Assembly: GCA_028534125.1 (NCBI GenBank)
Contig: CM052817.1
Coordinates: 70,310,001-70,374,000 of the forward strand
DNA: 64,000 nt
Direction of reading: 5' to 3'
Origin: Lama glama
Taxonomy: Eukaryota
The notes under the pieces: model-generated
The model's database searches: none
What the model saw: only the letters and a program-made list of their open reading frames with translations
Told to the model about the DNA's origin: nothing
Translations under genes and position numbers: made by a program
Part shown: positions 38,671 through 52,069 of the stretch, one piece after another
How positions within the stretch are numbered: the stretch's first letter is position 1
How the letters are laid out: each line of letters opens with the position of its first letter

Positions 38671-39774
38671 AGCAGTGCTACCTGTAAGATACCACCTCTT
38701 CCTATCCTGGACTAAGGAAGGAAGACCCTTCTCTGGCTGGAAGCATTCAACTGGGAGTTGACTTTAGAAACTACATAGGAGATTCTTCTGGAGTCCTTAA
38801 TGATTTTTTAGAAAATTTACAGGAATTGGAGCTGGCTCATGAACCACATCAGACCAGGAACAACTGAGAATTCTCTGTTTTGTAGAGCCTTAAGGTAGCT
38901 GCACCAGCCTTGCAAAAAAAAAAAAGTCTGATCCCCAGGGGCTGTAGTCCAAAAGGAACTAGGAAAACTCAGAAGGGTGATGGAACTGGGGAGTGGTGGC
39001 AGGCCAGAAACAAGTCAACAATCACTTGGGCAGAAGGGATAGAGAAGATGCAGGAAATGGCTGCAAACAGTGCAACTGGGGACGTCAGAGAGAATCCTAT
39101 GGAGAGTTCTAGGACAGCGTGGTGAGCTGTGTTTGTGACATCCTCCCATTGCCAAGTACAAAGACACTGCCGTCAGCAAGTGTAGAGGGAATAACTGAGA
39201 TTAATCAAACTATTAGTTTTATGGTTATTTAGGGAATGGACCTCAAAACCCACACAATTGGTTGCTCAATCTAGAAAAAAATTTACCTCTTGCCTCTCCA
39301 TAAATAATCACCACCCATATGAAACTAAACAGGAAATGAGAAAGCTCAGTTCATCCCTGGAGAGATGCCACGGATGTGCATTGTCAAAGCTGCCGTTACA
39401 ACATGGATCATTGACTTGTGGCCAGGTGCCCTGGTTGGTTACCATGCCCTCGGGGACAGAAAATAAGGTACAGTGTCTGACTGTGAACTGACATCTAGCA
39501 CTTAACAAGCTAAATGGAATCCATGTGGGAGGTAAAGTATTGTCTCTGAGCAGCTTTCAGCACCCTATCTGATGTCTGCTTTAGTTTTGCATCATGTTTT
39601 CAAAGCTGAACATTGTTTAAGTGTGGATTTAGTGGGAATCTGTTGCCACTAAATCATGGGCCAATTTTTCCTCCTACAGGTACATTCTTTGACTTTGATA
39701 TGTCGGTGAATATATTTGTCTTGTGTGAAACTATTTCGATTTGACAAGTTCTTCTTCCTTCCTAGCTCCCTTTC

Positions 39775-39965
39775 AAATAATAACAGCAGTTACCAGGTAT
39801 TTAATATCTTCTGTGTGTCAGATCCTGTCCTAAGCTCTTCACCTGGATTATCTGGTTCTTTCTTGCTGAAGTTCTGATAAACAAGTGCTATGATCCTCAC
39901 TTTTTAAATGAGGGAACTAAGTTTGAGAGTTTAAGTGACTTGCCCAGTGTCATGCCACTAAGAAA
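39775..39965 (-). mobile_element. MIR SINE
   Basis: 'cctcactttttaaatgagggaactaag...ttaagtgacttgccca'. Confidence 0.75.
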
Positions 39966-41544
39966 TATTTGCCTTGAGATCTTTGTAACTTACTAAGATC
40001 TACAAATCTGGAAGTATGGAATACTTCCTAAAAGACTGCCCGCATAGAATCATTGATTCTTTACTCCTAATGCCTGGAGTTTGCTGTTTTCCCTGAGGCG
40101 AGTGGGAGCTGTGATGACTCACCCTACCCACCATTCCATCATTTATTGGTGTTATCAATACCTCCAAATTGCCCCATCTGAACTCTGGGCCCAGATACCC
40201 AGCGTGTAAGGAGCCAGCTGTGCTGTTTGCTGGATGCACTCTTGATTGCTTCTCTGTTTGGAACCAGTCAGTATAATACTTGGCTGATGACTTTGACTGA
40301 GAACTCTGAGTGCCTTTGTTAATTCAGCCCTTGGCAGAGTATTCTACCTGCCCCCCCGTGGAATTCCTGGCTCCTAGAAATAGTTTAGAATGTCTAGAAA
40401 GTGCAAGTTCCACAATAGATAGTGCCATGTGTTGTATTAAAGACCCTCACCCGTAGAACATTAAAATCCATGAACTTTGCTCAAGCTTCCTTCATTCTTT
40501 ACATACTCAGAAGTAGTAACTAACCACTGAGACTGGACTATGCCCTGCCTCTTACTGTCCAAGCATATTTAATACACATTTATAATGGTAAATGAACATC
40601 AGTAAGACGACATATTTCCATGAAATTTTATGAGGTAAATTACTGTGTGAAGTCAGGAGAACACAGTCACAATATGCAATTAAGTGAAAAGAAGTTATAG
40701 AGAACCGTAAGTAAAGTAAGTTTCCATTTTTAAAAGTGTGTTTATATACATATGTGCATAGGGGAAAAAACAACTGGAAGCATTTGAAATACTGACTTGT
40801 AAGTACTCTGCCGCATAGTTTTCCTAAAGTATTGCACTCATATTGTTTTCTCTTAAGCATTGCATTTACAATTTAGAATAAAAACAGGCCTCTAAGTTTG
40901 TAATTTAGAGCTACTAGTTCTCCAGCTTCTGGATGTTATCTTTCAAATTTATGGTTTGTTATAGTTGAGCTCTACCCTTTTGTGTTTGTTTGTGTCATCA
41001 ATGTTTTTCCATGTTTTGTAATTCTAAGAAACTCTTTCAATTCTGAAGAGTGAAAAAATCCCAAATAAGAAGCCAGGAGCTTCTTCCAATGTGCTGGAAC
41101 TGCTCTTGAAACTGATTAATGCTCAGGAAGATGAGCAAGGGATGTGCCTTCTGGCCAAACCACTGACTGGCAGATCCAAAACAATCTCCCGCAACAGACC
41201 GCTAAGTCAGGAATAGACCAACCTGGAGTGACAAGGAGCTGGGGGGTATGGGTAGGGCTGGGGACAGGGATGGGTCTAGGCTATGTTTTAAATGTTACAA
41301 GTGTATGCAGGCTTCAGGGGGCCAGTCACATACACAGAGGATGAAACAATTTCTATTTCTTCAGATTCAATACCAGACCAACAAGTAACAAAGCTCCAAA
41401 AAGTTTTCTTGTGATGAGCTGCACCATTGTACATAATAGCTCCGTCTTTTTTGGAAAAATCTAGACAATCACTGAAATCTTTTAGAAATACTACATATTG
41501 AAATGAATGTATACTTCATATACTTTTACTTTCATATCAGCATA

Positions 41545-41658
41545 TTATTAGTCTATCCAACAAATATTTTTTGAGTACATGCCATGTGCCAGGCTCTGCG
41601 CAAAGCAGTGAACAAAATAAACAAGGTCCCTGCCTTCATGGAGCTTATGGTTTAGACC
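41545..41658 (-). mobile_element. L2 3' end
   Basis: 'caacaaatatt...atgtgccaggc...gtccctgccttcatggagctta'. Confidence 0.75.
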
Positions 41659-41946
41659 TGCGCTGATCAATAAATATGGCAGTTACTAGACATTTGTGGC
41701 TACTGATCACTTAATATGTGGCTAGTCCAAATTGAAATGTCCTATAAGTGTAAAATGAATACTATATTTTAAACACTTGGTATGAAAAATGTTAAATATC
41801 TCAACTTTTTATATAGATTACATGTTAGTAGTAATGGTAATAGTTTTGATATATTAAAATTAACTTCACCTGTTTCTCTTCTTTAACGTGACAACTAGAA
41901 GATTTTAAATTACATGTTCAATTTATATTTCCATTGGACAACACTT
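41659..41946 (-). mobile_element. MER33-like hAT-Charlie element
   Basis: 'ctgcgctg...tgtggctact...atgtggctagtccaaattga...aaattacat...ttggaca'. Confidence 0.8.
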
Positions 41947-41954
41947 GTCTATGC

Positions 41955-42112
41955 TAGGAGTTCTCAAAACTCCCTGTGCTCATAATTATATGGGAAGCTT
42001 TAAAAATACAGATCCCCAGATTGCATCCCCACAGAGATTCTTATTCTGTCTGGGCTGGGGCTCTGATGCTGGCATTTCTTTTTAAAGTTCCGAAGTGAGA
42101 CAGTATGCAGCT
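41955..42112 (+). mobile_element. MER5-like hAT-Charlie element
   Basis: 'gttctcaaa...gggaagctttaaaaatacagat...cagagattct...tctgggctggggc'. Confidence 0.65.
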
Positions 42113-42213
42113 GTTTCAGGGGCTGTGAGAGACACAGAGTCTATGGAGGCTATGCCCCCGCCACCTGGGAGATTTCCATCTAGTGGCCCTCTGATGGCCA
42201 TCTTCCCTGTTCC

Positions 42214-42757
42214 TGGTGGTTTTAAAATATGCCCATAAATTGATACTCCTCTCTTCAGGAGGTGGAGCTTAATTCCCCTCTTCTGTGTGAACAGGACTTA
42301 ATGGCTGGCTGCTAACAAATAGAACGTGGCAGAAGTGACCATATGGGACTTGAAACTAGGTCTTAAGAGGTATTGTGGCTTCCCCCGCCCTCTCTCCCCC
42401 TCTGCCTCTGTCTTCTTCTCTCATTACTTATCCTGGGAGAAGCCAGCAGCCATGCTGTGAGGGTACTCAAGCAGCCCGGCAGAGAGATCCACAGGGCCCT
42501 CTGCCAAGAGCCAGTAGAAACCAGGTTTCTGTCTGCATGAACCATCTTGGAGGAGTCATTTAATCCTACTCAAACCTTCAGATGACTGCATCCCTGACCG
42601 TCATCTTGACTGTGACCTCATGAGAAACTGAGCCAGAACCACCTTGCTAAGTCACTCTCAAATTTTTGGCCGAATAGGCTGAATGAGACAATAAATGTTT
42701 CTTGTTTTAAGTTACTAAGTTTTAGGGTCATTTTAATGCAGCAATAAATACCTAACA
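42214..42757 (+). mobile_element. MaLR LTR (MLT1F-like), near full length
   Basis: 'tggtggttttaaaatatg...gaagccagcagccatgctgtgagg...ccttcagatgactgca...aataaatgtt...gcagcaata...aaca'. Confidence 0.85.
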
Positions 42758-44480
42758 TGTTGTGACACTGGGCCTCCCTGCTCCTCACCATTGCCTCACC
42801 TGGGCCATTTGCCAATGGTGAGCTGCCCCAGCAGCTCAGAACCATTTGCGAGAGTGCTGCAAGGCTTTCCCTTTCAAGGTGAGAGTCCAGTGACCACTAA
42901 CAACCTTGCTGGAGCACCCAGAGAGGCACCTCGGTGCTGGCATCAGTGATCACACAGCCCAGCTGCCTGGGAGCCGCACACCAAGCTGCAGCTTTGATGC
43001 CTTGCTGGTGGTTATACAGCACGGCACTTAGTGAAAATATACCAGGACAATTTCCTGTGTCCTTTGACCTTTGCTATGGGCATGAAATTTGGTGTGTCTA
43101 CCCTCCTCCCCAATCTGTTTTCCCTTTCCTCAGTCCCCATTGTAAAATAAAGTTCACCTTCAAAAGCAGGGCTGCTGAGAAACACACACACACCATGCCC
43201 ATTTCTACTCTTGACCACAGTCCCATTTCCCCCAGCCCTTTCTCACTCCTGCCTATGTTCTTAGACCCACAGCTACCCTTGCCTATGGTTATGATCTGAC
43301 CCCTACTTCAGGAATTATATACACCTCCACCCCCCTCCCCACTTCCCCCAAATAGTCCCACCATCCACATTCCCTGCGTTGCCTGACACAAAGCAATCCT
43401 CTGGAGGACAGAGTCCAATGCACACTTCTACACAGGCTTTTCTCCCTGGCAAAAGCAACAAGGAAAGCGGCCTGGTCAACTGTAGAAAGAACTATTGTAG
43501 ATTTGTGGTCTTGGTCAAGAAATTCTGCTCTACTTGGTTTGGCAATAATAACAACAGTAAAGTAATAATGCTTAACTTCCTTTTTTGACACCATTATTTT
43601 ATGTTAAATTCCTTCAACTTGAAGGTCTTTTAAGATTTATAAGGTAAGATGTTAGTTTCAACTTACTAGATCTCCCAAGTTGCTCTAAAATGAACACCTA
43701 AGTGTCGACATTAATCAACTGCTTCATGCTTTTCTGCAGTGCAAAAATGGAAACAAAGATTACTTTATTCCTAAACTTTTTTTTTTCCCTCCATGTTTCT
43801 GCCTGGCTTGAACTCAGACTCGTGTTCTATAAAGGAGCGATTAAGTACAGACTTCTGTTTTAATAGGACATATTTAAGGCAGCCGGGACCGTTCCTCCTG
43901 CATTAGGTTGAAAGGTCTTAATCAGAAAGAAAAATTGATTTCTTGTATTGACATACGTGCCACTTATTGTTATGAGGAGCTATCCATGTAAGCGTATGAC
44001 AGTTCAGCCTCGCATGAAGATGCAGGTTCCAACACAAGGATGTCTAACTCCAGGCTGCTTGTGTCTGAGTCTTCCAGTCTGCTATCAAAGGTGAATTCAC
44101 ACTTCTCCCCCCACGAAAACACACACTTTTAAAATGTTCTTCTACCTGGCACCTCCCTCCTACTGTCTTCCACCCCAAACAGATAATCAGTGTATTTCAA
44201 AAGGTGCCTTGTTATTGACACAATAACTGGAAGCCCACCAGCTTGCATTTTGTGCTACTAGGCTTCGCTCCTTATAATATAACAAAGGAGAAGCCTACTA
44301 ATGATGTTTGCTCACCTCGGCTTGTGCTTGTCTAATGTTTAAAAGGGGTTTTGTTATCATTAGACATTCCTGAACAATCGCTCTCTCGGAACATCAAGCA
44401 CACGGAACGAGAGGTGAGGGTCAGGATGGGGGCGGGGGAGGAGAAAGCAAGGCTTCCTGGTCCAGTCCTCCCTGCTAGTG

Positions 44481-44499
44481 CAGCGCCATCTAGTGGGGG
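44481..44499 (-). promoter_or_regulatory. CTCF binding motif
   Basis: Minus strand CCCCACTAGATGGCGCTG matches the CCASYAGRKGGCRS core exactly; sequence not recognised as repeat. Confidence 0.6.
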
Positions 44500-46090
44500 A
44501 TTCCAATGCGACGTCAGGAATGAGAAAGCTCAGCGTGGTCCTCAGTACAAGAAAGGGGACCTTATGTCCATCCTCACACGTGACACGCTATCACTGTTCA
44601 TCTTTTGCGGATTATAAACATTTTGAATTATACACAGCAAATATTTAATCTAATTGTTTAATCTTACATTGTCTCTGACCTGAGGTCTCCGACTCTGGAA
44701 CTCTCTCTTGATGTGCAGGCAGGGAATGCAAATAATACTGAGATAATCAAAGCAAGCAGTGCCTGGGAAAAGATCACAGAGAGCATTCCAAAGTTAGATG
44801 AAATAAAATAAAAATGTTCTAATGTGGCTCTTTGTTATAGTTATATTATCTTTAAAAACTCATTACAGTAAAATAAACTTATACATATAAGTAAATTTTC
44901 TAGATAATTGACATTTTAAGTACCATGATATTTAATAATACTATTTTTAGAGGAATACTGAAGAAAATTAAGTGTTTCTTCAAGACTCAGGATTGTTTAT
45001 CATGAACATCACTTACTATACGAAGTAACCAGTATAATATTTAGGATGGTTTGCCCCACAGGAAATGGCCCCCCACTCCTGTTAAGTTCTTGTGTCCTCT
45101 TTTCATGGCTTTTCTTCCCTGCGTCCACAGCAATTCTACCTTCCTGTAGTATTCTGCTGAACCGCATTTCTTAATTGCTTACTTCTTTGAAACTTAATGG
45201 TAGGCAATGATATAGCCAAATTTAGTAGAAGTGCATCTAAATTAAGAGTGAAATCCTCTATGACTCTCTCTTAATTAATGGAATCTGTGACACTTCTGAC
45301 TGTCTTTTTCCACATTATCCTGAGCTGTCTTATGTTTTCCAGAAAACTGATGTGTCTGAATAAGTCACCTTCAAATAAGTTAAGAGCCAATAGATTTTGG
45401 TATAGGATTGGTTAAGGGACATTTACCAAAATAAATATTCACAAGGAAAATATAGAAAAAGTCCAATTCAACTGGTACAACAATCTAAGGAGATAGCATA
45501 TTAGACGCTCCCAATAGTCCTGTGGTGTCAATGAAATGAAATGTCATGTCAAGGAAATGTTAGTCATTTCATGACTAATTTTGGGGCTATTTCCTTTTTG
45601 AAACCAAGTGTTTATAAGTGAGAGCTAACGGGACATTCTTTACTTTCTACTTAGTCTCAGATTCCTTTTGGTGGGACACTGTAGCAGCTACATGTGCTGA
45701 GACGATAGATAGTTACTATCTGTGACATTAGAATCCAGTTCAAGAATGGCAAATGGCCCCCTAGAAGATGATAACAGCTGTATGTTGCCCCTACTTATAG
45801 GTTAGAACACTGTTACAACACGTTAAGAGACCAAGATTATGCATGTGATTCCTCTTCCCTGGGACAGATCTCATTCTGTGAAGTTTACTGTTTATGCCAC
45901 TTGGAGAGCTCACTTTAAGAAACAGAACACAACATTACAATTAGGTAAGATGGTAATTAGTTAAGAATATTTTCAAAGAGGTGATAAATACTATAAATAT
46001 CACAAAATCCAGATTAACAGATTTTTTTTATTAATTTACTGCCTGACACTTCTACAATGTTTTTTACTTTCTCAACCACATACTCTTTGA

Positions 46091-46240
46091 TTGTCTTTTT
46101 CTTTTCTTTTTTTCTTCCTTTCTTCCTTTCTTTCTCTTTCTTTCTTTCTCTCTTTAATTTAATGGAGGTACTAGGGATTGAACCCAGGACTTTGTACATG
46201 CTAAGCATGTGCTCTACACATAGAACTATTTTCCTTCCCA
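46091..46240 (-). mobile_element. tRNA-Ala-derived SINE (vic-1 type), with (TTTC)n tail on the plus strand
   Basis: 'tggaggtactagggattgaacccaggac...catgctaagcatgtgctctac'. Confidence 0.88.
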
Positions 46241-47129
46241 CTAATTGCCTCTTTGAATGACAATTCTGTTGTACAATTTTTAAAAATAAAAACAATGAAG
46301 TATACTTCAGTCTTTCCTCTAGCACAGGCTTGGCAAAAATTTAGGAACAATGGGAATAAAGTGAATAGTGAAAATACAGAATCTCTACTGATGGATGAAT
46401 TTCACCATTTGAAGTGAGTAAACCAAGAGAATATCAGTTAATGTGGGAGGATCTCTTTGGGGTTATTCTGAAAATGATTTTGGTATCTTCAATAAAAGGA
46501 GGGAACACAGAACAGTGTTTAAGAGCGTGGACCACTTACAGCTGTGCAACATGGGCAACAATCCTCTGCACTGCAGTTCACTAATATCTCATTCATAAAA
46601 CTGTCAGGAGGATTAAACAAGAAAGTTAATGTAATACACTTAATATAGGGCTTGTTTCGTTGTTGTTTGCCTTTGCTTCTGAGTTGTTTTGCCTTGAATG
46701 TTAACAATAGTACAAAAAACAAAAATAAAAAGCTCCCCAGGTAATGCTGGCCCACAGTCAAGATTGGAAACTACCAGACCACATGTGTACCAAGAATTTA
46801 GTTACTTTGATGGGAGATGCCTTGGAGGTGAGGTGAGAGAGAAAGTAGTAGAATAATTCCTTACATGGGGAAGAAGAAACATGCTCATTTTAAGCCAGGC
46901 TTTACTGCCACACAAATGATGGATTTAAAGACTTGTTTAGTCATGCTTCCAAATCTCAAAATAAAGTTTAAAAAAAAAGGTGCTTTAGGTCAACAATATT
47001 GAAATCAAGTCAAAAGTATCTGAAAATTGCCAAATTTCTAGTGCTTCAAGGCCAAAGTTTTTTTTTTTTTTTTTACTATAAAATGTGTTTTTAAGGTGCC
47101 TTGAATGGGACGCAGCACCAGTGTTTTGT

Positions 47130-47385
47130 TCGCCCCATAGGACGGGCTTGGGTGCCACACAGGCCCATGTCTGGTTCTGAGTTTTGCCTCTCACTCTCCA
47201 TGTGGAATGACTAGCCTCTCCAAAGTGGTTCACTTTTCTATAAAATAAGATTAATTGGATCTACCACATATCTTTGCTACAAGGCTTGAGTGAAAGTGAA
47301 TGGCATGCTTCTAGCACAGTTCTGACATATTCCGGCACTTAACAAATGTAAGCTAATATTATCATTATCATTTTTATTATTCTCA
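47130..47385 (+). mobile_element. MIR SINE (diverged)
   Basis: 'tataaaataag...ctagcacagttctgacatat...cacttaacaaatgtaagcta..attatcattat'. Confidence 0.6.
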
Positions 47386-47567
47386 TTTGGTTGGGAATGT
47401 AAAGCTTTTGTTTTGGCTTTTGGTTTTTGGTTTATGAGTTTTACTTCCTCTGAGAGCTGTATCAGGTTCATATATTATCTTGTTGGGCCTTCTCATTTAT
47501 AACTCAACACTCTGAGGCACTGACAGATTTAAATACCCAGAGTGCTTTACCAAAAGTAGAATGGCAG

Positions 47568-47594
47568 GTGTGTGTGTGTGTGTGTGTGTGTGTG
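47568..47594. repeat. (TG)n microsatellite
   Basis: Direct reading. Confidence 0.95.
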
Positions 47595-47859
47595 CATGTT
47601 CTGATTTCTTGCATTCAATTTATCTTTAAAATGGTACTTATATGTGCAAGTAGCTAGAAAAAATAATGAAAATGGCATAGAAATTTAAAAAATTAATTTT
47701 TGGAGCATTTCTCAGAAAAGTTCACTTTGGAAGTGTCCATGTATTTCTATAACATATTCCAAGATGCACCTTATTCACTTGTACTTAGCTTCCTGGTGAC
47801 TTGAGCCCCTTACAGGTGAAATGGGGATAAGGAGACTGACTTAGTAAGACTTACAGAGT

Positions 47860-48200
47860 GTCATTCATTCAAGACATTTATTAAGTGCAGCAGTGAATGA
47901 GACAGGCATGGTCCCAGCCCTCATGGAGCTTACAGTCTAATAGGAATAGCAGACACTGAGTAGTGTAATGTGTGTTACGAGGGAAGAGTGCAGAGGACAA
48001 TGGGAGCCTACAACAGGCTACTGTCATGTAGTCTGAGGAAGTAGCATTTGGATTTGTAGGAGTTAAAGGTTATTATGGAAAGAGGATTAGAGAGCAGGGT
48101 AAAAATTGGTTGCACAAAGTAATCCAGCCATTATTCATGTATTTATTCAACAAGTAACCAATGAGATGGACAATCCCTTCCTTCATGGAGCTTACATTCT
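47860..48200 (-). mobile_element. L2 3' fragments
   Basis: 'tcattcattcaa', 'gccctcatggagcttacagtcta', 'ccttcatggagcttacattcta'. Confidence 0.7.
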
Positions 48201-49339
48201 AATATGTATATGAAGCACTCAGCACAATGCCTGGTACAGTAGGCACTTAGTCAAAGGTAAGGCCCTCGTCCGTAAGCCTCATGTACTCACACAGGTTGTC
48301 TTTGCTCTCATCAAGTCTTATCTGGGCTATTCCAGCAGCATTTCCCACTTAGCCCATCTGCTACTCAGCCATCAAAGTTATCATCCAAAACCACTTATCA
48401 TTTAATGCTCTACAGGGCTGTGTCTGTTTTTGGAGCATTTATTGAAGGAAATTTCATTCAGCTGTTTGCAGAACCCTAAAACTGAGATCAGTTTCTTTGT
48501 GGGTTGGTTACTGTTAGCCACACTGCACCCTGTATTTGGAACACCCACTGTGAGGATATAAGTCTTCTGAGCTTTGGGGGGCTGGTGTTACAATAGCAAA
48601 CCGAGATGTGGTGTTAGCCCTGTCAGAGATGAAAATACATTTCCAACTTGAAATGTCTGGACCAAAGATTTGATAATCACCTATGAGTCAATAAGTTTCC
48701 ATGTGGGGTGCCAAATGATCGCAACAGATAACCCAGGATCAGGCTGAATCAGTGAGGGTACACAATAAAGAAATAGAGACAATGAGCTTGACATATTGCA
48801 AAAGCAATAATGAGTGCCAGATTAATTCCTCCAATCACTAGACTGCATTCAGCCTATCTCAGAACAGCCCAGAGACTATTACTTAATGTGTACGTTTCTT
48901 TTTTACTTACAGTATTCAGTTGCTGGTTCAATGCATAGAAAGTGGATTTTAAAATCAGGTTGCTTCAAAAGTTGGTTTCAGGGGATCTTCCAGAGAAGCA
49001 TCACCTTGTGCAAGATTTTGTTTCTCATTTCCACCAAATCATTGTTATGCAAAAATTCCCCACGCAACTGAAGTTGTGAGTGTGCGTGTTTTAAAAAAAA
49101 CAAAACAACCCAGCATAGCCTTTGAAAATCGTATTCACTAAAATATCTAATTTTAAAAATATAGTCCTTTTCTTTTTGCTTGTTATTATTATAGTAGTTG
49201 AAAATATTATTTGAGGGCAAGGAAAAATGAAGCTTAAAAAAACAGAGTTCTTCAAATCTCCAAATTCTTCATTGAATGACCTGTGATATATCTTTGGCAA
49301 ATACAACATTTAGAAAAAGAACAGTTTTTTTTTTCCTTC

Positions 49340-49845
49340 TGTCTCTGTTAGGATTATACTGGTTGCACGCGACAGAAAATAAAAATGAAGTTAGTCTAAA
49401 CAAATAAAAATGTATTTACTCACATAATTAAAGTATCCAAATTGAGCCAAGAGTCATATTTCTTCCTCTTTTTTTCTCCTTTCTCAGAGCCCAGGTAATA
49501 AGAATAAGGTTACCAACAGCTTCTGGACTATGTCTTTCTGGCTGCTAATTCAGAAGGAAAGAGCAAATGTTTTTCTCCCTGCATTCTTAGCATATTTTCT
49601 ATGATTTGTTCTGATTGAACCAACATGGGTCACATGACGGCCCTTGAATCAATCTCTGTGGTCAGGGAAATGCTGTATGGTGATTGGTTCACGGCAGAGT
49701 CATGCGCTTCACTCCTGGGACTGTAGAACCCTATGCGGGCAACCTGGGAAGAAAACGGGAGGAGAAGATCCACACTTCAAAGCCAAGGCTGTTGCTGGAA
49801 GGAGGGGAAATGGATGCTGGGGAGATAAACAACTAATATTCACTT
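49340..49845 (-). mobile_element. MaLR LTR (MLT1K-like)
   Basis: 'ggttgca.gcgacagaaa', 'tctgattg...tgggtcacatg...ttgaatcaatctctgtgg', 'atggatgctggg'. Confidence 0.75.
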
Positions 49846-50289
49846 TAGCTTAAGTCCCACTTTTCACCAAGTCCCACCGAGTGCTTTCTCTCCGTCTGTC
49901 TGTCTCCTTCATGCACTATTCCGAAACCAGAGACACCTTCCTGAGGAAGGGGGGATGCCTACTTCTATTCCTTTCCTGCTTCTTAAAAATAATTTTTAAC
50001 CTCCCATTGCCTGCAGAGTGCTTATCAATCTGGAATACATACCCCCAAAAGTTAAGGCAGTATGCTGGAGGACTGAAATATAGAATAAACTGGAGATGTC
50101 TTTCTTGGCCATCATTTTCACTTGAGGATTTAAAAAAATATACTACGTCTATATTATCAGATATAAATATATTATGTAGTAGGATTACAAAAATTCACAT
50201 GAATTCAGAAAAACCACAAGACTTCAAAATGCTGTGCGTTCAGTTGCATGTTTAGTGCAATGTCCCATGTTCCCCTCATATACAAGTTT

Positions 50290-50915
50290 ACTTGCTTCAA
50301 GATAAAACCCAAAATTCTTAGCTTGGCCCACCAGATTATATGCAATCAGACACAAGTCTCTGTAGCCTCATCTCCTATTCTCTTCTCACAATTATCTCCT
50401 GCTCCCCTGAACTTTTCCCTGTTCTCCAAATGTTTAATATGACTGTTTATTCATATTATGTTTTGTGTCAAAGGTGCCCTTTCCCACTCCACTTCTACAC
50501 CAAGAAAACCTTTATTCATTCTTCAGTACCCAACTCAATTCAATATTATTCAATCCAATATTATTTCCACAGCAAAGCACATCATAATCAAATATTATTC
50601 CCTTTGTAAAGTTTTTCCTTTTTGATAATGAGCCACCTCCCAATTTTTGACTCCTAGAATATTTTATTTATGCCACTGTTACAACACAAAGTTCATTATA
50701 CTGAAGTTGGGTTTTTGAGGGATGTGTCTGTCTCTTCCTGACTCTTCCTGTCAGATTCTATTCACTCTGATAACCCCAGCATCTAACGCATGATTGGCAA
50801 ATCAGTATATACTGCTTGACCAACCTGAGGACTGATATTGTGCCTCATTCTTATCTGTACTTGCAGTGTCTAATACAAAACCAAAGAAGGAGCTCAAACA
50901 CATACTGAATGAATT
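50290..50915 (+). mobile_element. L2 3' region (fragmented)
   Basis: 'gataaaacccaaaattcttagcttggc', 'ccccagcatctaac', 'gagctcaa...tgaatgaat'. Confidence 0.6.
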
Positions 50916-51164
50916 AGTACTAAATTATAAGATTTTGAACATTTAATACCAGATCCTAGAGATACTTTAAGCTTCGTTTCTGAAATTAAGGGAATGGGGA
51001 AAGGTATAGATCAGAGAAAAATGAACAGTGATTGCAATGGGCCAAATTCTTGGGCAAAATCAGGGGCCACAGGCAACCACTTATTGGCCCTTTTTTTCTT
51101 TGCAACCTAAGTAATGAAGCCAATTCCTAAAGGAAAGAGAAGACAGCCTGAGGGCAGTGGCTCA

Positions 51165-51655
51165 GCATTAATGCAATGCCTTTGGCTTCAAGTAATAGAA
51201 AACCTCAATTTAGCAATTTAAGCAATAAAGAATATTTAAGTAGGATGTTAAGTAGAGTGCAAATACCAAGGTTAGAATCTAGGTTACTTCCATCTTTCCT
51301 TTCTGCCAACCCCAGCATCTCGGCTTTGTCCTTGGCTGGCTCTCATCCTGGTTGACTCCAGAGTTTTCTGTCATGCAGGCATGACAATGTCCAGTGCATG
51401 TCCAACTCTTTATGACTTCATGACTATTTTAGTAATAATAAAAAGCTGTTCCCAGATCTCCCCTCACATCTCACTGGACAGAATGCTCATACCCAGAGAA
51501 ATGAACCACTGGGATTGGCTAAACACAGTCACGTTTTAATTAGGACCAGATGCCAGTAAAGGATGTGTGAACATCTGAACAGAAGTTGGATTTGGGTTGC
51601 ACAGAAAAAAAAAGAGAATTTACTGTAGGGCAGGTGATGAACAGGGTCATCTATA
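51165..51655 (-). mobile_element. MaLR LTR (MLT1L-like)
   Basis: 'caagtaatagaaaacc', 'cccctcacatctcactgg.cagaa', 'gattggcta'. Confidence 0.65.
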
Positions 51656-51969
51656 GACTCTTTTGTTATTTGCTGATGGAGAATAATTTTTGGAGCAATA
51701 AAAGAGTAGCAGCCCAAAGGCAGGTAAGGTCTCTCTGTAAGGAAATTCCAGTGTAAAAGCCGTTATCCACATTTTTAAAATCATGTCTTATTTAATACTC
51801 TATGGAGAAAGTAAGATATGAAAGTTTATAATTATAATTATATAGATTTTAAAATCTGCTTAGAAAAAAAGATTAGAAATAGTCCAAAATGGTGGTGTTG
51901 GGTGGTTGCATGTAGGGTGATTTTTTTTTTCATTTATTTGTTTAAAAGTTTTGTATCTCCTAGAGCAGT

Positions 51970-52069
51970 NNNNNNNNNNNNNNNNNNNNNNNNNNNNNNN
52001 NNNNNNNNNNNNNNNNNNNNNNNNNNNNNNNNNNNNNNNNNNNNNNNNNNNNNNNNNNNNNNNNNNNNN
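51970..52069. other. Assembly gap (100 N)
   Basis: Run of N. Confidence 1.
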
